This document shows, in pieces, positions 52,698-64,000 of a DNA stretch of 64,000 nt; positions within the stretch are counted from its first letter, which is position 1, and the number at the start of each line of letters is the position of its first letter. The notes beneath the pieces are model-generated. The model searched no databases, had not been told where the DNA came from, and saw only the letters and a program-made list of their open reading frames with translations. The position numbers and the translations under genes are program-made. This stretch comes from Felis catus (Eukaryota): contig NC_058368.1 in the NCBI RefSeq assembly GCF_018350175.1, positions 54,996,001 through 55,060,000 on the forward strand, read 5' to 3'.

Positions 52698-52919
52698 CTG
52701 TAAATAAATACGGAGTTTATGCATTAACAGCACTATGGCTAGCTGAAAAGTTAAGCTGTATAATTGATGAGACAGGAAATGGAGATAATCAATAACTGAA
52801 ATGGCTTCCATGATATGAGTCCTGTTTCTCCTGCACTGACCAAGCATCCTGTATGTTAACTCAAAACCAAAACTTGTACTAAAGTCAAAGATAAAAAGAC
52901 ATTTTTTTTCCTTAATCAG

Positions 52920-53000
52920 AATCTGTAAGTATCAGACTTCTCCAGTAAAAGAATGCATGATGATTCCGTACTTAGTATTATCACTAGGTTTTGGTTTGAG
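52920..53000 (+). pseudogene. Pseudo-exon in inverted orientation
   Basis: ttttttttccttaatcag|NL*VSDFSSKRMHDDSVLSIITRFWFE|gtaagt. Confidence 0.55.
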
Positions 53001-53922
53001 GTAAGTAATAGGATTCCCATGAATCTAATTCAAAAATTAACATGCATGTTTTGACAGGCACCAATCTGGATAGACAAATAAAAGGTAGTTCCTCTCTAGA
53101 ACAGGGTTGTTTGTGTGTGAGAGAGAGAATACGTGTATATAAAGGGACACAGAGTAAAAGAAAGGAAGGAAATAAATCTGCCACATGAAAAACTGAAGAG
53201 ATATTTTAAATCAGAGCTGCTAATATCTGGTGATAGAATTGAATCATAACAACATATAAACTTTCTTGACCTTTGAATTCACTCTTGTGCTTTCACCTGA
53301 CAAGTTAAGAGGAAATTACTATAGAAAAGACAGGAAATGGTTAAATTGTATTGGACCATAGAAACAGGCAAAGGTAATTACCATCAGTCTTTTTAAATTT
53401 ACTAGACAAAAATAATACAGAAAACTGAAGTCTAGTTATCAGTATATTTAATGAAAACTCCCTTCGCAGTATCTTTATTTTTTAGTAAATACTTATACCT
53501 GACTGTAAAATATCTCTACAAAATTCTCCTGTTATTAATATAAAAGCTTTAATGACATCTGGGCAGGCACTTAGTTTTTCATTTATTAATTTATTATGCC
53601 TTGTAAGTAATTATTGAAGAAATTTTATTTGTGTAATATGACAAATCCAGAGGTAATACAAAGCTGCATTGAAAAAAAAAAAAGAATGGAAGGAAACATT
53701 AGGAGGCCACAATGACAGCTCAGATGAAAGGTTTTAGGTAACACAAAGATGAGAAGGGCAGGACAATATTAGACTATGGCAATACCATTTCAATGTCCAC
53801 AAAACATGTTCACACAAAGGCTTAAAAGAGGAAAGGTAGAAATTAGGAAGATAAATGTACAGGCTCAGAAATGCTACCCACATAGAAAGCCCAGATTGCT
53901 TTATCTAAAACATGATTCATTC

Positions 53923-55999
53923 GCAGATGACATGATACTCTATATGAAAAACCCAAAAGATTCCACCAAAAAAACTGCTAGAATTGATTCATGAATTCAG
54001 CAAAGTTGCAGGATATAAAATCAATGCACAGAAATCAGATGCATTCCTATACACCAACAATAAAGCGACAGAAAGAGAAATCAAGGAATTGATCCCATTT
54101 ACAGCTACACAAAAAAACCATAAAATACCTAGGAATAAATCTAACCAAAGAGGTGAAAAATCTAAATACTGAAAACTATAGAAAGCTTATGAAAGAAACT
54201 GAAAAAGACACAAAAAAATGGAAAAAGATTCCCTGCTCCTGGATAGGAAGAACAAATATTGTTAAAATGTCAATACTACCCAAAGCAATCTACATATCCA
54301 ATGCAATCCCTATCAAAGTAACACCAGAATTCTTCATAGAGCTAGAACAAATACTCCTAAAATTTGTATGGAACCAGAAAAGACCCCGAATAGCCAAAGC
54401 AATCTGGAAAAAGAAAACCAAAGCAGGAGGCATGACAATCCCAGACTTCAAGCTATACTACAAAGCTGTAATCATTAAGACAGTGTGGTACTGACACAAG
54501 AACAGACACTCAGATCAATGGAACAGAATAGAGAACCCAGAAATGGACCCACAAACGTATGGCCAACTCATCTTTGACAAAGCAGTTAAAAATATCCAAT
54601 GGAATAAAGACAGTCTCTTCAGCAAGTGGTACTAGGAAAACTGAACAGCAACATGCAGAAGAATGAACCTGGACCACTTTACACCATACACAAAAATAAA
54701 CTCAAAGTGGATGAAAGACCTCAATGTAAGACAGGAAGCCATCAAAATCCTCGAGGAGAAAGCAGGCAAAGCCTCTTTGATCTTAGCCACAATAACATCT
54801 TAACAGGTCTCCGGAGACAAGGGAAACAAAAACAAAAATGAACTATTGGGACCTCATCAAAATAAAAAGCTTCTGCACAGCGAAGGAAACAATCAGCAAA
54901 ACTAAAAGGTAACCGACAGAATGGGAGAAGACATTTGCAAATGACATAGCAGATAAAGGGTTAGTATCCAAAATCTACAAAAGACTTAAACTCAGCACAA
55001 AAAAAAACAAATAATCCAGTGAAGAAATGAGCAAAAGACATGAATAGACACTTCTCCAAGGAAGACATCCAGATGCCCAACCGAGCATTTGAAAAAATGC
55101 TCAACATCACTCATCATCAAGGAAATACAAATCAAAACCACAATGAGATACCACCTTACACATGTCGGAATGGCTAACATTAACAACTCAGGCAACAACA
55201 GATGTTGGCGAGGATGCGGAGAAAGAGGATCTTTTTTGATTGTTGGTGGGAATGCAAGCTGGTGCAGTCACTCTGGAAAATAGTATGGAGATTCCTCAAA
55301 AAACTAAAAACAGAAGTACCCGATGACCCAGCAATTGCACTACTAGGCATTTATCCAGGGGATACAGGTGTGCTGTTTAGAAGGGACACATGCACCCCCA
55401 TGTTTATAGCAGCACTATCAACAATAGCCAAAGTATGGAAAGAGCCCAAATGTCCATCGATGGATGAATGGATAAAGAAGTGCTATATATATATAATACA
55501 CATATATATATACTATATATATATGTATTATATATATAATATATATATTATATTATATAAATATTATATATATTATATTATATATAGTATATATATTATA
55601 TAATATATATAAATGGAGTATTATTCGGCAATCAAAAAGAATGAAATCATGCCATTTGCAACTATGTGGATGGAACTGGAGGGTATTATGCTAAGTGAAA
55701 TTAGTCAGAGAAAGACAAAAATCATATGACTTTACTCATATGAGGACTTTAAGAGACAAAACAGATGAACATAAGGGAAGGGAAACAAAAATAATATAAA
55801 AACAGGGAGGGGGACAAAACAGAAGAGACTCATAAATATGGAGAACAAACTGAGGGCTGCTGGAGGGGTTGTGGGAGGGGGAATGGGCTAAATGGGTAAA
55901 GGGCACTAAGGAATCTACTCCTGAAATCATTGTTTCACTAAATGCTAACTAATTTGGATGTAAATTTTAAAAAATAAAAAACAAAATTAAAAAATCAAT
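53923..55999 (+). mobile_element. Young 5'-truncated felid L1 (ORF2 RT C-terminus, 3'UTR, A-rich tail)
   Basis: [40 protein letters not shown]; 16-bp TSD aaaacatgattcattc / aaaatgtgattcattc. Confidence 0.97.
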
Positions 56000-56093
56000 A
56001 AAATGTGATTCATTCAACACTCAAAATGGTTTTCTAAGTGTTGAAGTTTCCAGTGTTGTTCCTCTTTTCTGTCATTTTTTTTCTATTTTTCAG

Positions 56094-56381
56094 AGGAGAA
56101 AGATGAAAAAATATCATAATTGATACTTTCCAAGTATACTTGACTATAAGCATTGTGTCATCCAAAACCATTTAAAAAGGACACTGTAAAAATATCATTT
56201 TAGGGATTTTTACAAAGTTAAGATAGACCTCCAAACTTGTATCACTCCTCAGCCCTGCCAAACAGGGCATCACACAAAATCTTTATTCCCAAATGCTCAA
56301 TCATATTCGATTTGATTGACAGAATGGTTTTAAATGGTGTCTTTTAATACTTACAAGAATCTCAATGAATTGGAACTCCAG
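56094..56381 (+). pseudogene. Pseudo-exon in inverted orientation, RGS-like (phase 2/2)
   Basis: ttttttctatttttcag|GER*KNIIIDTFQVYLTISIV...LVSLLSPAKQGITQNLYSQML...WNS|gtaaaa. Confidence 0.65.
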
Positions 56382-56472
56382 GTAAAACTTATTTTTAACT
56401 AGAATTTTCTATAACATTTTTAAAGGAGGGGCTTTTTATTGAGCCTGAAAAAAGAAATGTGTTTACTTTCAG

Positions 56473-56537
56473 ATTTTATCCAAGAGAAATTCATACTTCA
56501 ACTGCTACATTTTATTTATCACTAGAATATCCATGAG
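56473..56537 (+). pseudogene. Pseudo-exon in inverted orientation
   Basis: gtgtttactttcag|...gag|gtaagg; 91-nt intron from previous exon. Confidence 0.55.
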
Positions 56538-56995
56538 GTAAGGGATGTGGATGGTACTTTCACTGCCATATCCCAGCTGCTACAATAGTATCTGGAAAAT
56601 GGTAGATTGAATTTTCTTGGAACAGTACTGGGGAGCACTGAAGGCTTAAAATAACCATGATTTGTGAGGGGTAAGGTGAAGGGAAAAGTCTTCCAAGTTT
56701 TCAAGTCTAGTAGTTGAGATGATCTTAGTATCATTAACAGAAAGAAAAAAAAACATAGTGAAAAAACAGAAAATAAATGGAAAAAACTAAAGGAAACAAG
56801 TTCAAAATTACCTATGCTATGGTAAATGAGGCAATAAGTAGAAAAGTGAAATTTTCTACCAGTCAGTGGGGAAATCTAGAGGAATTTCACAGCTAGTGGT
56901 ATAAATTATGGGGCAATTTTCTTAGATTAAATATTACATTCCTGAGAGCAGATGAGCTTGAAGGGCAGAGGATATAGAGTGGATTGCTGTTTTGG

Positions 56996-56997
<2 letters not shown>

Positions 56998-57040
<43 letters not shown>
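56998..57040. repeat. (CA)n microsatellite
   Basis: Direct reading; similar tracts near 3427, 5489 and 29200. Confidence 0.95.
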
Positions 57041-57043
<3 letters not shown>

Positions 57044-57395
57044 GGTGGGGGAGGAGGTATAGATTTAAAGGAGTAGGAAGGAGTAAAAGGAATTAAAAAA
57101 AAAAAAAACAGTGCCATGCAAGCCATAAAAAGAGAATTTTCACAAAGAGAAAGTCAACTCCATCAATTGCATAGGAATCATTGAAGGTCTGAAAGCGTCC
57201 TCTGTAACCTCTCACCCGCAGTATGAATCAGAGGCTGACTAATCTAATTGAATTGACCTCTTGGGTTGAGATTTAATTTGGTAGCTCTGTGAAAACTATT
57301 TTACTTTGGGGAAATTTAACTGATTAAGTGTGCATTCTCTATTGTACCTAATCATTTTTACATGCTTACAAATTTTAAATGCTCTGTTATATTAC

Positions 57396-58208
57396 CTTGG
57401 AACTCATGGCTTCCTTAGTAGAGTTTAGTAATAAACACATCAAAATCTTCCACATGTAGGTATGCTCCTATTTCCTAAATGTGCATTGTACCTGAATCTA
57501 TATCAAATTTCTTGTATAAATGCAGCAAACCCTCAAGAAATATGTGGTATCGCTTTGCCCTCTACTGCTAGAAGGAAAATGGGTCTTAAATCCATTTTCT
57601 TCTTCTTTACCATCTAGTGTCTCCTATTGATGGTTTTCCCCTTCAACTTTTGTGTGATTTACTGTCTTCCTGTCATTACACAGTTGCTACTCTTGGATTA
57701 CATTGCAATGAGCTCTCCCCTCTCTGTCCTGTTAGCTTATTGCTTTCTCTCTTTGTTGCATCTCAACTTTTTCACCTCTCATTATCCTTCTGCCATCAGT
57801 CTTATCAGCTTCTTCTCAATTCCCACAACAGTAATCCTCATCTATGTTTGGTTTGCTGATTTTTTATCCTTCCTCTCCCTTTGTTTTTGGCTTAACTGTT
57901 CTGCTTTATGTATCTACAGTGCATTTTTTTTAAATCATGATACTTTTTAAATATTGCATCAGGTCCAAAGTTTTACACATCAGATCATATTGGTGCTTTC
58001 TCTCATGCCATTTCACTACTGAACTTGTTCCCCTTACATCATATCACCTGCTTTTCTGGCATTTTACTGCTTTAAGTCCTCAGTCTTTGCAGAGCCTATG
58101 AATCAACATCCTTTATCGTACTAAAGCAATTTACAGTGGTCACTAGTGAATTGCTCTTTTTTGGCTACTCCAGGGAAAGACTATTTTTTTTATTATTTCT
58201 TGTTTCCA
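57396..58208 (-). pseudogene. Large pseudo-exon, K/E/S-rich linker
   Basis: atttttctttag|VETRNNKKNSLSLE*...ETLDGKEEENGFK...LHVEDFDVFITKLY*GSHEFQ|gtaata; purine-rich strand. Confidence 0.6.
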
Positions 58209-59977
58209 CTAAAGAAAAATCACTCTATGTAGAAAGTAATATAAAAAATAAAGCCCAGATATATTACACATCAGTAATAGTGATTTTTCCTTCTTTTGTT
58301 TTTCTTTAGTTGGAAGAAATGAAAATTCAGAAACACAATTATAAGCTCTAATTTTTTTATTAGTTATTATGCAACTGAGGCTGTGTCATCATGATATTAC
58401 AGCATGAAAAAAAATAAGTTCAATTATCTGTTTGATACCTGGGTAAATGTCAACAAAATCTTCTTACTAAATCCAATTTTTATTATAGAGTTGAGGCAAA
58501 CCTCTGCATGCCAGTAAGCAAAATTAAAAATGTATGGATTTCATACACATTTTAATACACAAGTATAAGCTTTTTCCAAATATATTAAATTAGAAAGCTA
58601 ATTAAGACAACTTAAGGTCAGTATTTTTTCCACATCACTATCCATCAGTTTCCTAATCTGTAAAATAAAGGCTTAAAGATGTTTTCTATGGTAATTTTCT
58701 TGTAAATTCATATTTCTAATTTTGCATAATAGTTCATTTTGTTTACCAATATAACAAAAAGCTAAATGAAAAGTGTATCTTTTGAATTTCTCTCCTGTCA
58801 GAAGAGTTTGTATTCCCAGAAATTTAGTCACTTAAGTCTACAGAAAACACATCAAAGAAAATTTTCTATAAACGGTACTTAATCTGGAAAGTTAAGATCT
58901 AAATTTATAGAGGCTTAAATTTTCCTGACTTCAAAACTAGAACTTTTTATGCAAAGGAACAATGAGTTCCCAATTGCCAGATTGAACTAAACCTTTCTGA
59001 AGTAACCATACTTGACCCCAATTGTTGTGGTAGCCTCACAGCACATCTTCTGTAACACTTTTCTAGATATCTTACTGCTCTGGTTCTTTCTCTATGATGT
59101 CTTCTTCTCACTACTACTATCTCTACGTTAGCTTTTCATCTACACATTGATACACTGCCTATGTATTACTGACTTTTAATGTTATATCTCTACCTTATAT
59201 TTCTCAGTTTGTTTTCAAGACACTTACCTGCATCTGATGGCAAGTCATACCTACTTTCTTCGTAAGATACTAAGAACCTGACGTTACTGAATATCACTAT
59301 TTCCCATCACCTTGAATCTGTTCGACATCCTATCCTAACCCTATCTTCACCAATAGTACTGTTATCCATGGTCACTAACCCACATCTAGGACTTCTCCCA
59401 GTCCCTCAGGCCCCAAAACTGTTCACTCTAAGTATACTTTAGGGTCACTATTTCAATGGACTCCCAAACCACAATTCTTGTCTCAGTGGTTACCTTTGTC
59501 CACTACAGTCACTGATGCTTTCAGCGTGATCCTTCTACATGTCAATATAAGTATGTCCTTCTACTAATCTTTTGAGTTTCTTCCCATGGCCTTGAGAAAT
59601 AAGAACAAATACCTTTGGGTTGTGGACCTTACATGATCTGAGCTTTACTAACTCTTCAGATATCGACCACAAATATTAATTCAATTTTCTGCCCCAGTCT
59701 TTTGAAAAAGGCTAAAAAATTCCTATTCTTTATTGGTGTTCAATCTTTGTTTATACTTTTCACTCCATCGTCAGTGTTGCTAAAAAAATTAATTAAAAAA
59801 ACATAAATATCTGATTAAATTCTATATATTCTCTTTATCATCCCCTATAAATGCTAAGGTAGTTAGTTAATTTACCTCCTTTTCAACACCTTATACCCAT
59901 CTCTAGAAAAGAGTATTCAAATAAAATGTATGTATTTTTAAATACCCAGTAGGGGCAAAGATCTGTATTAAATGCAC

Positions 59978-60270
59978 CTTGACTTTTATTTTTCTTTAGG
60001 TTCTTTTCTCCTACAAGACGTACATAGATTTTTACAACTCTTCTTCAGTTTTATGGGGAGAGAAATTTTGTTATATTTGTAAACTCTAGAAATGTATAAT
60101 GGGAATCTTCACCTTTCCCTGGGTTAAATGTAGAAATTGTGTAATTTTGATTTTACATTTTCTGTAGATATCAGCCATTGTTGTCATGTATCCTCATATT
60201 AAGTAAAAATTTGCCCATAATTGTTCCATGAAATGATGATTCACAAGTATTTTTCATTCTTGAGTAAGGA
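59978..60270 (-). pseudogene. Pseudo-exon (phase 2/1)
   Basis: acatttccag|PYSRMKNTCESSFHGTIMGKFLL...VGEKNLKKNKSQ|gtgcat; 293 nt in one frame; phases match both neighbours. Confidence 0.7.
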
Positions 60271-60948
60271 CTGGAAATGTTTTAAAAATCAATAGATGTT
60301 TTTACTGTAGGATATCTTAGAACTATTATTATACTGATGTACACTTCAAATTTTCAGAAGTATACAATAATACAGTGTTTCACAAACTTATTTCACCAAA
60401 TAATCTTTTAATGACAAGTGTTACCTAATATCAAATGAATGTCTAGCAACTATTAGCATGTATCAAATCAACACCAGTTTTGAAAATGCTGATCTAATTT
60501 TCATCTTCCTAAACTGTCAGAAGATATTTCCTATACTAATTCAATTAGTGAGTACTATATAAGAAGCTATACTTCCACTAGTGACACTCTGGAGTCTCCA
60601 AAAAAAAAACTTAGAATATAAGAAAAGTCCCTAGGTGACTAGGAAAAAAAACACAATACCTGAAATCCTGAGATGTATGATCCACTGTTCTCAGTAGTAG
60701 AAACACAGTGATACTTAAAACATGGTCTCTGGCCTTAGTAACTCTGAGTTTAGAATGTAATTTGTACCAATAAGTTGGAGATCACAAGAGGAATTAGTTA
60801 TATGGATAAATAGGTAATTTTGAGGAATGTGTTCAATCAAGTGTAATGTGTCCTCTAAAACCTCTCATTGCATTATTTTCATGCTAGACAACTTCAAGTA
60901 GAAAATTCTTAAATCAACTAAAGCAAGCATAAAAGAAACTGGCCTTAC

Positions 60949-61240
60949 CTAGAAAAAGGGGCAAGTCATCTGGATAACTTCCTCTTCAAAGAGAACATCT
61001 TCTGCTAAAATCTTTCTCTGGGAGATTTAACTACCTGACAGGAAGTATCTTTTTGCACCTATTTCATTGTCATGTTATCCCAAGTAGAAACTAAGGGCTC
61101 TCCTGCATTATTCTATGGAATCCCATAGCCTTTGTTACTGAACCCCAAGACCTGGACTACCAGTCATCTTAGCCTTTGTTTCCTTTGCTTGAAAATGGAA
61201 TTTTCAAGCCAAAACAGAGAAGATAAACATGCAGAAGGAA
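60949..61240 (-). pseudogene. Pseudo-exon (phase 1/2)
   Basis: ttatttgtag|PSACLSSLFWLENSIFKQRKQRLR*LVVQVLGF...KRKLSR*LAPFS|gtaagg; 292 nt in one frame. Confidence 0.75.
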
Positions 61241-61576
61241 CTACAAATAAATGGTCCTAATATTATGGTGAAAACATATATTTTAGACTTAATTACCTAG
61301 ATTATATATCTTTGTATAACTAGTCTTAGTAGAAAAGGTAATATTTGCCTCAGAACGCATGTTCTTCCACACCAATACTTTAGATTACTTATCGCTGGGT
61401 TTCATTCCCATTCTATTTTCTCTTGAATGATCTCTCTAGATGGAAGTAAAACAACTACAAAAGAGATTAAGTTTTTACAACATACAAAATTCAGTCAATT
61501 TTGGTAGGAGGACTTTATTGGGTTTTGTTTTTCCTTTGTTTTTTTTAAAGCCAAAATTAATATTACAGTTATTAAC

Positions 61577-62020
61577 TTTTAAAAAAGTTTTTTATTTATT
61601 TTTAAGAGAGACAGAGCATGAGTAGGGGAGGGACAAAAAGGGAGGGAGACACAGAACTCAAAACAGACTCCAGGCTCCACGTTGTCAGCCCAGAGCCCTA
61701 CTCAGGGCTCAAACTCACCAAATGGGAGATCATAACCTGAGCCAAAGTTGGACACTTAACTGAATCACCCAGGAGCCCCTACAGTTGCTAACTTTTAAAA
61801 AGTTATAGTTTGGGATGTCTGGGTAGCACAGTCGGTTAAGCGTCTGACTCTTGATTTTGGCTTAGGTCATGATCTCACAGTTTGTGGGTTCAAGCCCCAT
61901 GTCAGGTTCTGCTTTGGCTGAATAGAGCCTGCTTACAATTCTCTCTCTCTCCCTCTCTCTCTGCCCCTCCCCCCCCCCACACTCTGTCCCTCCCTCTCAA
62001 AAGAATGAAGTTTAAAAAAA
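61577..62020. mobile_element. Head-to-head CanSINEs (- 61577-61778, + 61813-62020)
   Basis: Consensus on opposite strands. Confidence 0.92.
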
Positions 62021-62050
62021 GTCACACTTTTCTTTATTAATAAAACGTAC

Positions 62051-62302
62051 ATATAAATTAAGATGCTAATGAAAATTCTTAGAGAAACTGTACATGTTAA
62101 ATTTATTTTGGATAAGCATCAAAAGAGATTCTTGATGCATATTGGTTAAAGCAAAAAGGAAATAAATTTGACAGGAGCAGTCCATATGATAATTTATCTT
62201 CTGACATGAACTTCAACTTATAATTATTTGAAATCACAAGAATTATTTTTTCAAGAAACTGTCAGTATACACGTTCATAAACTTTGAAAACAGCAGATGC
62301 AG
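62051..62302 (-). pseudogene. Pseudo-exon, RGS C-terminal half
   Basis: ctgtctttag|ASAVFKVYERVY*QFLEK...FALTNMHQESLLMLIQNKFNMYSFSKNF|gtacgt. Confidence 0.65.
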
Positions 62303-62372
62303 CTAAAGACAGATAACCACACCAAAAATAGAAATCTTGAAAAAAAAACATCCATAGAAGTTGTTATACGTA

Positions 62373-62598
62373 GGGGCGCCTGGGTGGCCCAGTCTGTTAA
62401 GCATCAGACTTCGGCTGAGGTCATGGCCTCTCGGTTTGTGGGATCGAGCCCCACATCGGGCTTGGTGCTGACAGCTCAGAGCCTGGAGCCTGCTTGGGAT
62501 TCTGTGTCTCCCTCTCTCTTGGCTCCTTTCCCTCTTGCTTGCTCTCTCTCTCTCTCTCTCTCTCAAAAATAAACACTAAAAGAATTTTTTTTTAAAAA
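62373..62598 (+). mobile_element. CanSINE
   Basis: TSD-like agaagttgttata / agaggttgttata. Confidence 0.95.
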
Positions 62599-62736
62599 AG
62601 AGGTTGTTATATATATTTAATATTCAGTGACTGCTTTTAATGGGCAATCATGTATTATCTAAATACACTATATTCTTATTTTTTCCCCATCACTGAAATG
62701 CTAAGTTTTTAAAAATTGTTTTCACTATATTCTTAC

Positions 62737-62863
62737 TTTAAGACTCCAGAGACTTCAATAAAAAAGATATGTGTGGCTCTGTGTAGGGAGATAAATGTCC
62801 CAAAATATCCAATGTTATGGTTACAGGAAATCTTCTTAATAACTGAAATCTACGACATGAACT
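62737..62863 (-). pseudogene. Pseudo-exon, RGS N-terminal half
   Basis: ttttattttag|FMS*ISVIKKISCNHNIGYFGTFISLHRATHIFFIEVSGVL|gtaaga. Confidence 0.65.
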
Positions 62864-63079
62864 CTAAAATAAAATTTTATATTAAGGCTTAAGTGTGGAT
62901 TCACATGTAATCACCTTCCTTATTAATAATATACTAAAACATAATGCATTTTAATTTACAAAGTACTTTTCTTTTGTACCTACTGGCCTATTACAACTAC
63001 AGCTCAAAAAGTAATTATTCTTGTAAACAGATCAAAGTATGTCTTAATTCTTCAATACAATTTAATTTAAATGACATAC

Positions 63080-64000
63080 TGTCCTATTTATATAATATAA
63101 TATTGTCTTTGGCCTATAGCTAGGAGCATGGCTTGAGTTTTAATGAAATTAAGCAAAGCAATACTATAATAGCAAAAGGATTTAAATATACTGTTTTCTT
63201 TAATTCCTGTATTTTTCATTCTTTTACGTTTGTATTCTTGGCCCTGAATGATATATTTATAAGCCCGTAGCTATTATGATCATATTCATATTGTGCAGGG
63301 AATAATGCAAGAAAAATTTGAAATGGTGTGTTTAAGAGCCTCACAGGGACATTTATATCTATCTTCTTAGAACTTAAAGCTTATTTTATTTTTTTGTTGC
63401 CTCTAGTTTGTAGCAATTCAGCACTATGTGAAGACTCAGCTCTAGGTAGGCAAGTAACCTCAATATCTCATACAAAAGTTAGTCAATTATACATTTTTCA
63501 TAAAGTGCATTTTAACAGGCCTCATTATAAACAGGAATGCAGTAGTTTGATTTAACTGAAATGTGCAACTTCCTTTATAGAATTTATTTTTTCAGTTCTT
63601 GTATCTGACATAATGGTGAAGCATCTTATATAAAAGTTTTTTTTTTAATTCTTACAGATTTTTGCTTATATGAAAGTATTACAAAGAAAAAAAGCCTCAA
63701 GGTCTCAAGTTCCAAAGAGACTATTAAGAGGAAGATGATGATAGTTCGAGGTATTTCCTTATAATTACTCAGATGTTTTGGATACAGTTTGACATGTCCT
63801 GATTTCTTTTTCTTATTTCTTAATCTCAAAATTTGAATCCAGCAGGAAATTTAATCTCTTGCTCTCACCTTTTGATCTTATATTTGCTTCTTCCCACTGT
63901 CAGAGCCCTGGTATAGTCCTGATGATATCATCCTTTCTATATTGCTTGACATGTTTAGCTGATTATATAGTCTCTAACATCTTGTCCTTCTAAGCCATAA
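63080..64000 (-). pseudogene. Large pseudo-exon, open at right edge
   Basis: YGLEGQDVRDYII...TFV*DIEV...ELLQTRGNKKIK*ALSSKKIDINVPVRLL...LFPAQ; donor a|gtatgt is phase-matched to 62863. Confidence 0.6.

Larger units (their letters stand above)
17977..64000 (-). pseudogene. Main minus-strand block of a large multi-exon RGS-domain-repeat pseudogene (open at right edge; contains an inverted + sub-block)
   Basis: About 28 exon relics with AG/GT ends, many phase-matched junctions, in-frame stops and repeated RGS-like motifs. Confidence 0.8.

Noticed and set aside
53776..55603. Reverse transcriptase-like ORFs
   Set aside because: Frameshifted, 5'-truncated L1 ORF2; non-functional.
57617..57950. 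Hydrophobic plus-strand ORFs (80 and 107 aa)
   Set aside because: Antisense shadow of the purine-rich minus-strand exon.
60000..60080. Plus-strand reading GSFLLQDVHRFLQLFFSFMGRE after a pyrimidine tract
   Set aside because: Lies within a 293-nt minus exon phase-matched on both sides.
1..64000. Naming the locus RGS22, RGSL1, AKAP10 or ANKRD26
   Set aside because: Only motif-level resemblance, and the coding length far exceeds these; no gene symbol is justified.
1..64000. tRNA genes, CRISPR arrays, CpG-island promoter
   Set aside because: tRNA-like A/B boxes are SINE heads; no repeat-spacer array or CpG island is visible.

Overview
AT-rich mammalian DNA, almost certainly felid: about 30 CanSINE/SINEC_Fc copies, a young cat-type L1, and older L1M, L2, MIR, MLT1 and hAT elements. 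I see no intact protein-coding gene; the longer ORFs in the track are SINE, L1 or simple-repeat artefacts, or relic exons. The main signal lies between the repeats: about 35-40 decayed exons, most with AG/GT splice sites and often matching intron phases, in frames broken by scattered stops and a few frameshifts. They total roughly 11 kb (about 3,500+ codons) and run off both ends of the window. The peptides repeatedly look like RGS (regulator of G-protein signalling) helical domains, with patches resembling RGS22 as I recall it. My best reading is a very large, multi-RGS-domain, intron-containing pseudogene that I cannot name. The exons form strand blocks: + at 1-16.4 kb, - at 18-52.7 kb, + at 52.9-56.5 kb, - at 57.4-64 kb, which suggests inversions after gene death. 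Smaller oddities include a perfect 100-bp palindrome, an inverted duplication at an L1 5' junction and a 150-bp direct duplication. All translations and homology calls were made by eye; no database search was run.
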